This document shows, piece after piece, positions 14,932 through 26,065 of a stretch of DNA of 64,000 bases (positions are counted from its first letter, which is position 1; each line of letters opens with the position of its first letter). A program made the position numbers and the translations under genes. The stretch lies in the NCBI GenBank assembly GCA_017499595.2, contig CM039008.1, positions 620,001-684,000 of the forward strand, read 5' to 3'. The DNA comes from Psilocybe cubensis (taxonomy: Eukaryota). Under the pieces are notes generated by a model. That model was not told the DNA's origin. It made no database searches and worked only from the letters and a program-made list of their open reading frames with translations.

Positions 14932-16518
14932 TCACCCTGAAGAACTAATATCAATAGCGACCCCATGCTTCACCGCAAAATTCTTCAAAACGTTTAGTTC
15001 GGGGAACGCGGGCCCAGGAGGATGGGATAAACGGAGCGAAATTGATTTGAGGCCCTTTTCTCCAAACGTCCACGAGCCCAAGGTGTTCCCTGTACTGTTG
15101 GTTCGGATGCGAGACGACAAGGTTTCGGCGATGTTCAGCGCTGAGCGACAGTGTCGATCTTCTAAAACAATTGTGTGGAGGTTCGGGAGGAAAGGCGGTG
15201 AGTTGGTTTGGGGGCGGCGGTAGCTTAGGCGCGACATGATCTCCTCTGATGATCGCAACGCTGTGAGGTGAAGGTTGACGACTGACGGAAGTCCGCCTAG
15301 GAGCCATATAATCCCAAAGTTCTCCTCCCACACGGCCTCCTCGACCAAGGACGAGTGGAACACCAGATGGGTAGGTTTACACTGCGCGCGTGTGAGCATC
15401 GGTATCGTTTGGTCGGCGAGGAAAGGGGTCAACGCTTGTATATGAAGTTCTTGTAAATTCGGTGTCGTAAGGAACTGGAAGGTTTTCGCGATGTAGCTTC
15501 CTTTGTTGACTATCTCGAGGTACCGAAGGTGGTTGAGTGGGACAGGGTCAGAGGAGGCCACTTCCAAGATGCGTTCTCGATGTGTGGTGAAAGAAGTCAG
15601 ATTGTCAGTGTGTCGCATGATCAGTGTAAATTCACCCTCGCTGAAGGTGTTGGAATTAGAGGTGAGGTGGGTGATCTGAGACCACGGAAGGCGAATGATG
15701 TGGAAAGGATGGATAATCCGCGTCAAGGAAAGCTCCTTCAGCTTCGGGGCGTTTTCAAAGGCATCTAAAGGTGTGGGCGGCATGCTATCGGAAAGGGAAG
15801 TACCAATATGCAGCCTACGAAGATTAGGGACCCGGTCTCGCGCTGGAGCGAGGATCGAGTGGTGAGAAAATATATCAAGGTGTAGAGACACATCTTCCCA
15901 TCGCTCCGAATGTTGGACGAGCATTTCGAGGAATGAATGAGCTTTGTCCAGCAAGCCATCCACTTTGATGGAAAAGGTTAACAGTTGGTTACCCGACCTA
16001 TCGAGACATGTTTGCAGAAACCTTTCCCCTAAGCGTAGTGTTGATTCGTACGTGGTGTCAGCCACATCTGAGTCTAGGCTGGAAGGAACGGCAATGGGAT
16101 AACGGATATCCATGTGCACTTCGGACCATAGTTTCGGAAGAGAGTAAGCAACTGTCCTCCAATAACTGCATACCTTGCAGAGCAACCAGGGCATTTCGTC
16201 CGCAGAAGCATTTGTAGGAGGCCATGTAAGCCTACATCCGTCCGCAGCGAGTAAAAATATCTCTCCGAGGATTTCTGGTGGAAGTTTTCGCTGTGAGGAA
16301 AGGACTGAACGATGTTGGAGTAGAGTGGTATGAAGATCTTCGCGGTATGTCTCAAGCTCGGCTAATGTTGATCGAAGGCGGCTGATCTGCTCATTGACGG
16401 AGTTCAGGGTCGACTTGACATTCTGGATCCCGCTTTCAATGACGATCTCGTCCATAGGGGTTGGGACGAATGAAGAATGTAATTGCGACGCTGGTAGACT
16501 CAGCAAGGTATGCCTCAC
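14932..16518 (-). CDS. Agaricomycete F-box-like / RNI(LRR)-like protein; true start uncertain (first in-frame ATG 16455, or an upstream exon)
   Basis: Coiled coil then RKLPPEILGEIF...PWLLCKVCSYWRTVAYSLPKLW F-box signature, followed by LxxL repeats. Confidence 0.85.
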   Translation of the reverse strand: MRHTLLSLPASQLHSSFVPTPMDEIVIESGIQNVKSTLNSVNEQISRLRSTLAELETYREDLHTTLLQHRSVLSSQRKLPPEILGEIFLLAADGCRLTWPPTNASADEMPWLLCKVCSYWRTVAYSLPKLWSEVHMDIRYPIAVPSSLDSDVADTTYESTLRLGERFLQTCLDRSGNQLLTFSIKVDGLLDKAHSFLEMLVQHSERWEDVSLHLDIFSHHSILAPARDRVPNLRRLHIGTSLSDSMPPTPLDAFENAPKLKELSLTRIIHPFHIIRLPWSQITHLTSNSNTFSEGEFTLIMRHTDNLTSFTTHRERILEVASSDPVPLNHLRYLEIVNKGSYIAKTFQFLTTPNLQELHIQALTPFLADQTIPMLTRAQCKPTHLVFHSSLVEEAVWEENFGIIWLLGGLPSVVNLHLTALRSSEEIMSRLSYRRPQTNSPPFLPNLHTIVLEDRHCRSALNIAETLSSRIRTNSTGNTLGSWTFGEKGLKSISLRLSHPPGPAFPELNVLKNFAVKHGVAIDISSSG

Positions 16519-17377
16519 AGAGGCGTTTTGTAGTCTCAGGTCATTGTTGCCAGCGAGTTCTCCTATTGCTCTGGATCTAAAAAGGCGTCAGAGGAAGTTC
16601 TTGACATGACAATGGCATACACACTGCATTTACTTGCGTTGAAGCGTATACTTCGAACTTATGAGCGTCAAGGTGGGGTACTATATCAAGTTTTGGCGTG
16701 GAATGGGTTGCGTTTGATGCCAGCGTTACAAGTCTTACTGATATTCTTTAGTATATGTAAGAAGACGAAAATCATAAACCAGCGCGTAAGTTCCGTACCA
16801 ATTTAGTGTAGACAGACCTGCTGACAGCTGCTAAGAGAGTGTACAGCACTCCACACGGTCTGATCATGCAAGTCTGGGAGAGCATTGGAGAGCAGCCCGA
16901 CACCGTATTCTTGGCCGACGACCGATGCCGGCTTGTTACAGTCCCCCGCCACACTTAGGTAAGCCTTCTGAGTTCCTGTTGGTAACTGCACAATCAAATA
17001 TTGTTCTGGCATACTTCTAGTGCGGTCCAGTTTCAATCATATCTTTTACGAACATTACAATCCATCAGTATCTGAGAACAGTGGACAACTTAGCGCAAAA
17101 TTCTCGAGGTGAAAATATTTTCTAAAAATAGCTGAGGTTATATTTACCCCATGGTTCCACCGCCAGACGATTTCGGAAGGCAGTTAGGCACTCCGACGGT
17201 AGAAGAACTTATCCTGTACAAAGTGGGGTGGACAGAGTGATGATCCATAAAATTACAACGTAGTTGTTTTTCTGAGAGACTACGGATGTTAATACGATGG
17301 TAATAGCACAAAAAATCTAAAGCAACAAATAAAAACAACAACTCCTAGAGCACCAATAAATGACCCAGAAAATAAAG

Positions 17378-18127
17378 TTACTGCATATAACGAGAGGGTC
17401 TAATTTTCCAAGGATTATCCTTGTAAATACTGAGATGTGTATACGCATCCGGCTTGAACCCAATTTTCCATTTAACCCCAAGACCTCTCAGCGCCTTCCT
17501 GAGCGCGGTAACTTCCTCTTTGTCGGTATAATCGTCGACGTATATGCATATGACATGCTTTTCATCCTCTTTAAATGTAGAGACCTTTGCAAAGCCTTTC
17601 TTTCGCTCCGTGCACAGATAGTTGACAATCTTTCCCCAGAGCATATCGATTTTGCTGGATTCTTCGAAAACCATCCACTTCCCAAGCAACACGTTATTCG
17701 TTTTTGCGATCTGATCAAGGGTATCCGGCTTGACGTTGTTGCCAGAGAGAAGGGACTGAAAATCTGCAGTTAAACCTTCCAGATTCTGCGTGACGTTTTT
17801 CATTCCTCCGCGATTAACTGAGATCCAAGGGCCATATTCGTCTGGTGTGCGGCTGGGTGGCCACCTGGCGAGAAATTGCACAAGTTTCGATTGTGTAGAG
17901 TTTTCTGAGTTCCAAGACGACCCTAGTTCTTCAGGATCAGAAGGAGGGGCAACCCAGCTAACCTTCTTAGTTGTGGGTGCAGAGCTGGATGACGGAGGCC
18001 CTTTGCGTTTGGGCTTCGTAGACTCCTTGACAACTGCGGGACCCTTGATCTCAACGACCTCCTTGGAGGGTTTTTCGTCTACATCCATTGCGTCGTCTGG
18101 AGATGTCATAGTGTTGTGAAGTAGCAT
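17378..18127 (-). CDS. DUF1917 / UPF0696 (C11orf68/Bles03-like, eIF4E-like fold) protein
   Basis: GKWMVF...IDMLWGKI, AKVST, HVICIYVDDYTDKEEV, GFKPDAYTHLSIY motifs; single exon. Confidence 0.85.
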   Translation of the reverse strand: MLLHNTMTSPDDAMDVDEKPSKEVVEIKGPAVVKESTKPKRKGPPSSSSAPTTKKVSWVAPPSDPEELGSSWNSENSTQSKLVQFLARWPPSRTPDEYGPWISVNRGGMKNVTQNLEGLTADFQSLLSGNNVKPDTLDQIAKTNNVLLGKWMVFEESSKIDMLWGKIVNYLCTERKKGFAKVSTFKEDEKHVICIYVDDYTDKEEVTALRKALRGLGVKWKIGFKPDAYTHLSIYKDNPWKIRPSRYMQ

Positions 18128-18605
18128 AGCAAATGGATCTAAGGATGTCGAGGGGCGTCTATCTAAGGTTTAATCTGATCTTTCACGACTAACTATAAAT
18201 AGGGGAACCACGTGCAAACTAAACGTAATTATTTCTCAGGAATGTGGCTCTGAGTTTGTGTATATACCAACATCCAGTGCGTATGCGTTAACCTCAAATT
18301 AAGCCAAAGTTTTAACAAAGTCCAGCCAGCTCACGTCTATTCGATGCACTGTATAAGTACGCAATGCCGAGAGATTGTTGGCAGTTGTGCGGAAAACAAT
18401 CACATTCTACCCCATCACAAATCAAAGCTCGTGATGACACGGAGAGGCTTGTATGTCAGAATTTGAATTGGTTGGGATTCAACTGGGGTAATTAAAGGGT
18501 TTCTCACTGTCATAGAGGACCAGGATCTGACTCGAATTTGTTGCAAACACAGCGCCAACTCGAAATCATAGCTTGCAAGCATTAAACATCTTGTAAACTC
18601 ATGTC

Positions 18606-21600
18606 ATGAGCTCCTTTCTATCATTCTTGAATCAGAAGCTTGCTGGCGACAAAGCTTCTCAGGGTCGGACGACAGTCGGGGACAATGGCCTAGTTGCGCA
18701 ACAACGGAAAGAATTCTTGCAGATGTATCAGGCGTACGAAAAGGTGTTCAAATCTGCAGCCACGGTAGACGTTGCTTGGGCTTTCAAAACCGATAGAGCA
18801 GGCGAACTGGAGGCAGCAATCGAGTCGTTTCCAAGGACCTCGAGCATCGTCATGGAGGGGCTCCTTCGCCTTGCGAATCTTCTTCCCTCGTTTGGCGGTA
18901 AATATCCAGCTAAATGTTTCGTTGTCTTTTTTCACAAAACCCCTGTATCTAGTTGTCGTCAATTCATGGTATTCAATTTTTCAGTTAAATTTCGCTAGGG
19001 CGAAGGAGCACAAGAAGGTCTTGTTCGTGTTGTTGCAAATTCAGGCTACGTTGTGCACGCTGTTTCAGTAAGTACCGATTTCTTCTTTGATCTTGTTATA
19101 CTAATTGTTAAAGACTGAAGCAGGTCAATAGCGTATCAGTGCGGTCTGAAGCAGACAGGCTATCGTTGCAACGGCTTCTCATCAGCCTGGCCCAGATCAT
19201 AACGGAATGTGGAAGTGATCTTAATTATTATTTGAGCACAAATACCCCAGGTGAGTGCTTTTCCTGACCTCGTGCAAATCATGTTGAAATCAATTGAAAT
19301 TGTACAACAGTTAGATTGTTCTACGTGAATTTTTTTGAAAAGCAGTGGTTGATTCACGTCAACAAGCTGATCAAGAGACGCGAAGAGCTGCAGAAGTTCG
19401 TCGACAGCATTTTATCTCTACATGGGGTCCGGACAACTTCGATTAAGGACCTCGGTGAAAAAGTTATGAATCTGAACGTCAGCGAAACACCCGAGGAGAC
19501 GAACAAGCGTTTTCACATTTTCAAGGCTCGCTTCTTGGCTAGACTCCGAACGAAGGACGAGTTAGACGTTATCTCAACGATAAATGAGAGAATTGGTAAT
19601 TTAGCTCAAGAGAATCCCTTAGAAGGTCAGGTCCGGCTGCGGGAGATATTTCTGGACCTCTTTTGCAAAGAGGACCTGGTTGAATTGGTTGGATATGTTG
19701 GGAACTGCGTGTCAAAGGTCATGGATCGTGAAGGGCCTAAAAGAATGGGCAACGATTCTTCCAGCCATTCCCATCGATTCAACAAGTTGCTCGAAATGGT
19801 GAACAGGATTCTGGAGCGCAGGATAGCTCGAGTACAAAGGCAAATTAAGGAGATGCAGCAATCTGGCATCAAAGTCGAGTCGCCTTTCGTTATATCGGTC
19901 TCAAAGATGAATGGAGGGAAGAGATATATCTTGGTAAAGGCTCCAACCACATTGGAAGATCCGGTATGCACAACTGCCTGGCAGTCTTCGTCATCTTATT
20001 GATATCTTTACTCTGTCAGGAAGTACGTTGGATCTGGACTCTCATGGTAAATTTTCTGAAATATGTATGTTGTTAGGGATAACACTCATCCGAAAGCATC
20101 AGAATTTCGAATCGAGTGTGGAGATCCGAATTTTTATTCTTAAGCTTCGTGAGTACATCGGGGGGCAAGAAGGATCCAATGACCACTGGGTCTTGGATTA
20201 TGTCGACCTCGCCCATATCCAGCCCATCGCCGAGGCATTGGGAAGCCCTGCATCCGGATCAGTCAATGTGCGAAACGTTCATCAGTTTGCATTATCAAGA
20301 CCAGACGGCCTCAGGTAAACCATCACCTGCGAAGCAATGTTTATGTGCTGAAGAAGTAATCGTCCATCACTGTAGCCTGTCACAATGGTTCGCATACTTC
20401 GCGGCAGGTAAGTGTAGATGGGCGACCTTCATTCTGTCCGGCTCGTTTTCAAGGTTTACTCACTACAATTCACAGGATGGCGGATCAATATTACAAATTA
20501 CAGAGAAAAAATATTTTTGTCAATGCAACAAATGCAGGAGGCATTTGAATCGATTCACATTGCGAACAGAGCATATGTCGCGGGTTACTTTCTCAGTCCC
20601 TTTTTCACCCGCATCGAGCCTTTATTCAGATTATGCACTGTCGCGGAGGAGCATACTCATGAAACACCGGCTTCAGTTGACCCTAGGCTAGTAGAACTGG
20701 CTTGTCATGTTGCACAAATGCAGGAAGAAGTCATATCTGCCAACCTCAAAGATGCATCGTTCAACCTCATGTGCCCTAACGATGCCAAACTAGTTGGAGG
20801 GCCGGAGCGAGTCGAAACGGTGATTAAAATAGTATTTTCTAGGATTATGTCGAATCACTCATAATTTCCCCAGTGGATACTGCCGTTGCTTCATCTACTT
20901 CTTCAACGCCACCTAGAGATTATCCAGATCGCACAGAACATTGTTCTTGATGAACTAGAAATGATAGCACACAATCAGTCTCTGGTGTCTACCTTTAGAA
21001 CATTTGAAGGTCGGATTAAAGAGCTTGATGGTGAGTTTTTTGCTATTTGCTCATTCTTTGACATTATATCAAGGCCTCTATTTTACCAGAGATGTTCAAG
21101 CTTGACGAAAAGTACGATCTCGAAAGGCAGTTAAAAAGCTTTGCCTATGGCATGGTTCGTTTGCATTTTTTGTTCTGTTACCCCAACTACCTTTCATCTA
21201 ATTTTGGATTTCTGGTTTTTGAATAGTTCTCGACATACATGGACAAGAAGGCAGCCGCAAGTTCTGAGCAGAACAAGTTAAACACATTTAAGAATGCCAA
21301 TGGTCATCCCAATCACAACTTTTCCAATTGGAAGCGTATCGCTATCGATACCTCTATCTTGGTTTATGGCCCAGGAAAGCCCTTTGAATTTACAGAATGC
21401 GATCATACGCTCCCGCCTCCCGACAGCAGGACACACCCTCTTCAAGACGCCTGGCACGGTTCCACTCTCCAGATATATATTAAATCCTTCAATGCAGACA
21501 TGACGTTCACCGGCACTGGCGAAGCGATCAACTTCACGGCTGATATAGTTGGCAAAGTTGTACCGATTTCGCAAGAAAACCCCAAGGGATGCCTAATGGT

Positions 21601-22673
21601 CTACTTCAGAGGGAGGTTGCCTGACGAGTTAGATTTGGTGGACATTTTGTTCAAAGGAATGTACGATCCCGACAGAGACATTATCGAAGGAGAGACGGCA
21701 TCATATGACGGATATGATGTTGATTCCATTGCTTCCTTGACGTTCGACACCTCCGTTTCTCAACCCGTGACGTTTGGTAGAGCTCGACCTTATGCCACCC
21801 GGTTCAGGTGGCTCCTAAATGAGTCCTCGGACAACTCCTCAAACATTGCTCGGAGACGCTGGAAGTTTGCCACACAAGCTACGTTGCTCAAAGTACAGGC
21901 TGATATGAATTCGGTAAAAATCGTCCAGCGGGGCCTTCAGGATCACCGGAATTGGCACCGAAAACTGAAAAACGCTGGTCTCGATGACCCCGAGCTAGAC
22001 TTCTTGAAGACTGAAATGATGAACTATCCTCCAGAGAACGTCCGACTATACGCTAGCCTGTATACATATCTGTACGCAAGACGATCACATGCATTGTGAG
22101 TCTCGTTTCTTTGACTGTCATCGCTAATCTGACTTCCTGTAAAAGTAACGGAGTGAAATGTGATGGATGCGATGGAACGATCAGCTACACTCGCTTTAGT
22201 TGTATTACCTGCAGGAATGAAGAAATAGAAGGACGCGCAGTTGATTTGTGCACAAAATGCGTGGATACCCCCCAACTTTCCGAAAGTTATCGGGACAACT
22301 TCGCACACCAGATATCTCATTCCCTCATCCGTACATCGACGCACATATCACATTTTGAGATTTCCGAGTTGGTTTGCCAGGCCAGAGCTTTATCGGAAGA
22401 GATCAAGGCCTCGTTCAGGAACCCTTTTGCCGAGCCGTTTAAATGCGCCTGTTGTGAAGAGTCTGTCACTCTTCCGTGTTTCGTTTGCGTCACTTGCAGT
22501 AAGTCCACAGTCGCAGAGTAGCCGTTCATGTCTAATGGTTTACAGGTCTCCATCCTATGATATGCCTTACATGCGACACGGAAAGGAACGGCATTCGACG
22601 AGGAAACCCCTCGTTCGCAATTCATTCTCACAAACACAGGCTTGTTCGAATCTATGATAGTGTGAAAATCTAG
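18606..22673 (+). CDS. Large multi-exon protein with a helical N-terminal domain and C-terminal ZZ-type zinc fingers
   Basis: Successive + ORFs joined by short introns; CDGCDGTISYTRFSCITC...DLCTKC...HQISHSLI and a second CACC...CVTC...CLTC...HSHKH finger; stop TAG 22671-22673 after intron 22499-22545. Confidence 0.75.
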
Positions 22674-23525
22674 CTGTATTTCTTTGTAAATTTCATCTCG
22701 ATTTCCTGGAAAACTTCCACTCGTTTGGTAATTGCAAAACCGAGTTTCTCGAACAACTTGATGCTGGGGATGTTGGTCTCCGATATTTTGGTAATTAGGG
22801 AGTTTGGTGGGATGTTGAGAGGAGAAGTAGGAATCGAAGTGGTGTTAGATAGCCCAAAGGCCTGGAGTTTGCCAGTTGCGTAACCTAGCATAAGCTGGAG
22901 AGCCTCAATTGCCAGTCCTTTCCGACGGTATGACGGCTCTGATCAAAATTAGTTCTGCAGAAGGATCAGGTAGACTATTACGGTACCTGCTATCATAATC
23001 TCAACCTCTGCATGAAATTCATCTTCATCAATAACTGATTCTTCAGTCGTTGGGATTGTGCCATGCAAAAAGATGTTGACATCTCCGACCATAGGAAGGG
23101 CAGATAATCGTTCATCCTCGGGAGACACTGTGCCTGGGGTCTCTGGAAGTTCTATACTTCCTTCAAGGGGGTGACGGGAAAGGATTATGAACGTTAGTTT
23201 GTCTTCGTCTAATTGCCATTTCCCTAGAAAAAAACCATCAGATACGAACTTTTATAACTTTAGGATCACTAACCTTGCATTTCGTATTCCTCCTCGAGAG
23301 TTAGAGGTTCGCTGGCTGTTAGAGCCCTTAGTTCTTCATCCAGCATCCAATCATGATATTTCTACCACATTATGACGCGTCGATGTGGGACGTTCCAGGT
23401 GTGAAGTAAGCAGACTGTAGATACAACCCTGCAGGATCCCTTCCACGCACAGGAACATGCTCAGGTCTGTATGGTACAAGAACAACATTTGATCCAACTA
23501 GTACAGTGGAAATATTGGCCTTCAT
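22670..23525 (-). CDS. NAT9: GNAT N-acetyltransferase 9-like protein
   Basis: [25 protein letters not shown] start, [34 protein letters not shown]. Confidence 0.88.
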
Positions 23526-23702
23526 GATCAAGTAGGCCAAAAGTTAGGCTCAAGTTAGGTCGTGGTTATGGTGTAAAAGTACTGTCCTATGCAAACCCCA
23601 ATGTAGGGCCAAAAATATTTCGCACGGTTATTATCTCTCAAACATTTTATTTTTTCTTGGACGCATTCTTTAACGTTCTTGTACGCTATCTCTCCAGGAT
23701 TT

Positions 23703-25889
23703 ATGGATTCTCTAATAGCAAAAGCTGATGCTATACGACCTCTAAACAAAAAGCGAAAGACCTCGCACCCACCCTCTAAAGGCTCTTCATCTAAAGGGAA
23801 AGGCACTTCGTCAAATTCGGACTACACATTAAACGCGGTCGTGAGCCGTACTTCGATACCCAAATCTCTACAGGATTCGCGACCAATTCCTGAGGATGGC
23901 TCAAGCTACAAGCACATTGCGAATAAAAAACTTCGCACGCAGTTAAACCGACAGGCTGCACAAGGCGCACGGGCGAAGGCGCTTTTGGAAGATGCGGAAA
24001 TGTTATTGATGGACGAGGCTGGTGGATTGGAGGTGGAAGGCGAGATGGACAGGACGTGGAGAGTAGGTCAGAGTGAAATTGTCCAGTCAGCAGGACAAGA
24101 GGCTGCGAAAGGTCGTCGAGAATATAAATTGGATGGTGGCCCGTACCGGTCAAGGTATACTCGAAACGGACGGTAAGTGTTTCAAACAATTTTGGCGTCA
24201 TGTATTATTGAACATATTTTTTACAGTCACCTTGCTATTGCTGGACGCAATGGACATGTATCTACATTTGACTGGCAAACTGGCACAATCCATGCCGAAT
24301 TGCAACTACAAGAAACATGTAGAGATATCACGTACGCATCCTTTTCTTTTTTCTTGACATAGATCTTAATATTTCTTTGAAGGTTTCTACAAGATCACTC
24401 GTTCTTTGCTGTCGCTCAGAAGAAATATGTTTTCATTTATGACCGGGATGGCGTAGAGGTGCATTGTCTGAAAGCCCACATCGAACCAACACGATTAGAG
24501 TTCCTACCGTACCATTGGCTGTTAGCAAGTGTGGTGCGTCACTAATCTGCCCAAGATTTCTTCATAACTTTATCATTAACATACTCTTTAATTTTTAGGG
24601 TAATCCAGGTTATCTCAAATACCAAGACACGTCCACCGGTCAGCTTCTTGTCGAACACCGCACTAAGATGGGAGCATGCACAACAATGACCCAAAACCTA
24701 CACAACGCTGTCATACATCTAGGACACCAAAATGGATGCGTAACGCTATGGACACCTAATCTTCCTCACCCCGCCGTTCAACTACTAGCCCATGTCGGAC
24801 CTGTTGTTAGTGTCGCTGTGGATCCAAGTCAAGGCGGGAGATACATGGCAACAGCGGGCAGAGATGGCACAGTTAAAGTTTGGGATTGTCGGAATTGGAA
24901 AGGTGCTGTTAGAGATTGGACGGTGCGAGGCGGTGGTGATCCAGAAGTTGAATGGAGCGCCCGAGGGTATCTGGCGGTAGCGAGCAGTGGAACCGTGAAT
25001 GTGTGTTAATTCCACCTTCTGCTCTAATGCTCGTTCAAGCTGATCAGACATAATATAGGTTTACAATCCTCCGTCAATACACACTCCATTCCATGTCAGG
25101 TCACCTCCACCATTATACATGACCCACCCCATCCCACATCGTCCTTTAACATCCGTCCGATTTGCACCCTTCCAAGATATCCTCACAGTGGGTCACTCAG
25201 CTGGGCTATCAAGTGTCCTTGTTCCTGGAAGCGGAGAGCCCAACTTTGACAGTCGAGAGGCAGATCCATTCGAAAACAAGAAGGCCAGAAGTGAGAGAGA
25301 AGTTAAGGCTCTATTGGACAAGGTACGTTATTTTCTTTTCAAATGAAATATTATAGGTCTAAAAAATCAATTGAAATTAGATTCAACCCGATCTTATCAC
25401 CCTCGATCCTGAAATGGTCGGAAACCTCGCACCTGTATCGAAATTGACGACAGAGATGACGACAGCGGACGGCAAGCCTAAAACCGACATCCCATACGCT
25501 CGTCTGCCCCGAATTGATCGACTTCGGGTGTCTGGAAAACTCGACGAGGCAGAAGACGACGCTGCCGGTGAGGAAGGGGAAGACGAAGAATCCAAAAAGC
25601 GCAGCAAAGAGGAGAGAGAAAAAAGGAAGATGAGAGGCAAAGGAAAGAGCATGAAGCGGTATTTGAGGAAGCAAAGGAAGAACGTGATAGATCCTGCTGC
25701 GGTGAGTACTCTTTGTTTTCGGTCCAGTATTTTGAAACTTATTTCTGCGCTTAATATTACCAGATCGCCATCCGTGCTAAGCTTGAAAAACAGAAAGAGG
25801 AAAAAAAGAGGGCCGCCGCCGCCGCCGCCGGAGAGTCGGGCGAGAAGAAGAAACCATCTGCACTGGACCGTTTCAAGCGTTCAAAATAG
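23703..25889 (+). CDS. UTP7: U3 snoRNA-associated WD40 protein (WDR46/BING4 family)
   Basis: [45 protein letters not shown] (BING4CT), KMRGKGKS, ends ALDRFKRSK*. Confidence 0.93.
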
Positions 25890-26065
25890 ATTATTGGTTA
25901 TTTTCTCCGCCTTTTATTCGCAAGTCAATCCAATCATCATTTGCCTGCAATGCATCACCGCTTCAGTAAAGTGCAAACGATTATGAATTACAACACACGA
26001 CTCAGGTTACTACTGTCGTAGGACCGTTTCCAGTCAATACTATGGGTATAGAAGTTACTATAAAT

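Noticed and set aside
16520-17260. Possible extra upstream exons or a small gene before the F-box ORF
   Set aside because: Splice-like signals exist but I could not build a consistent open frame.
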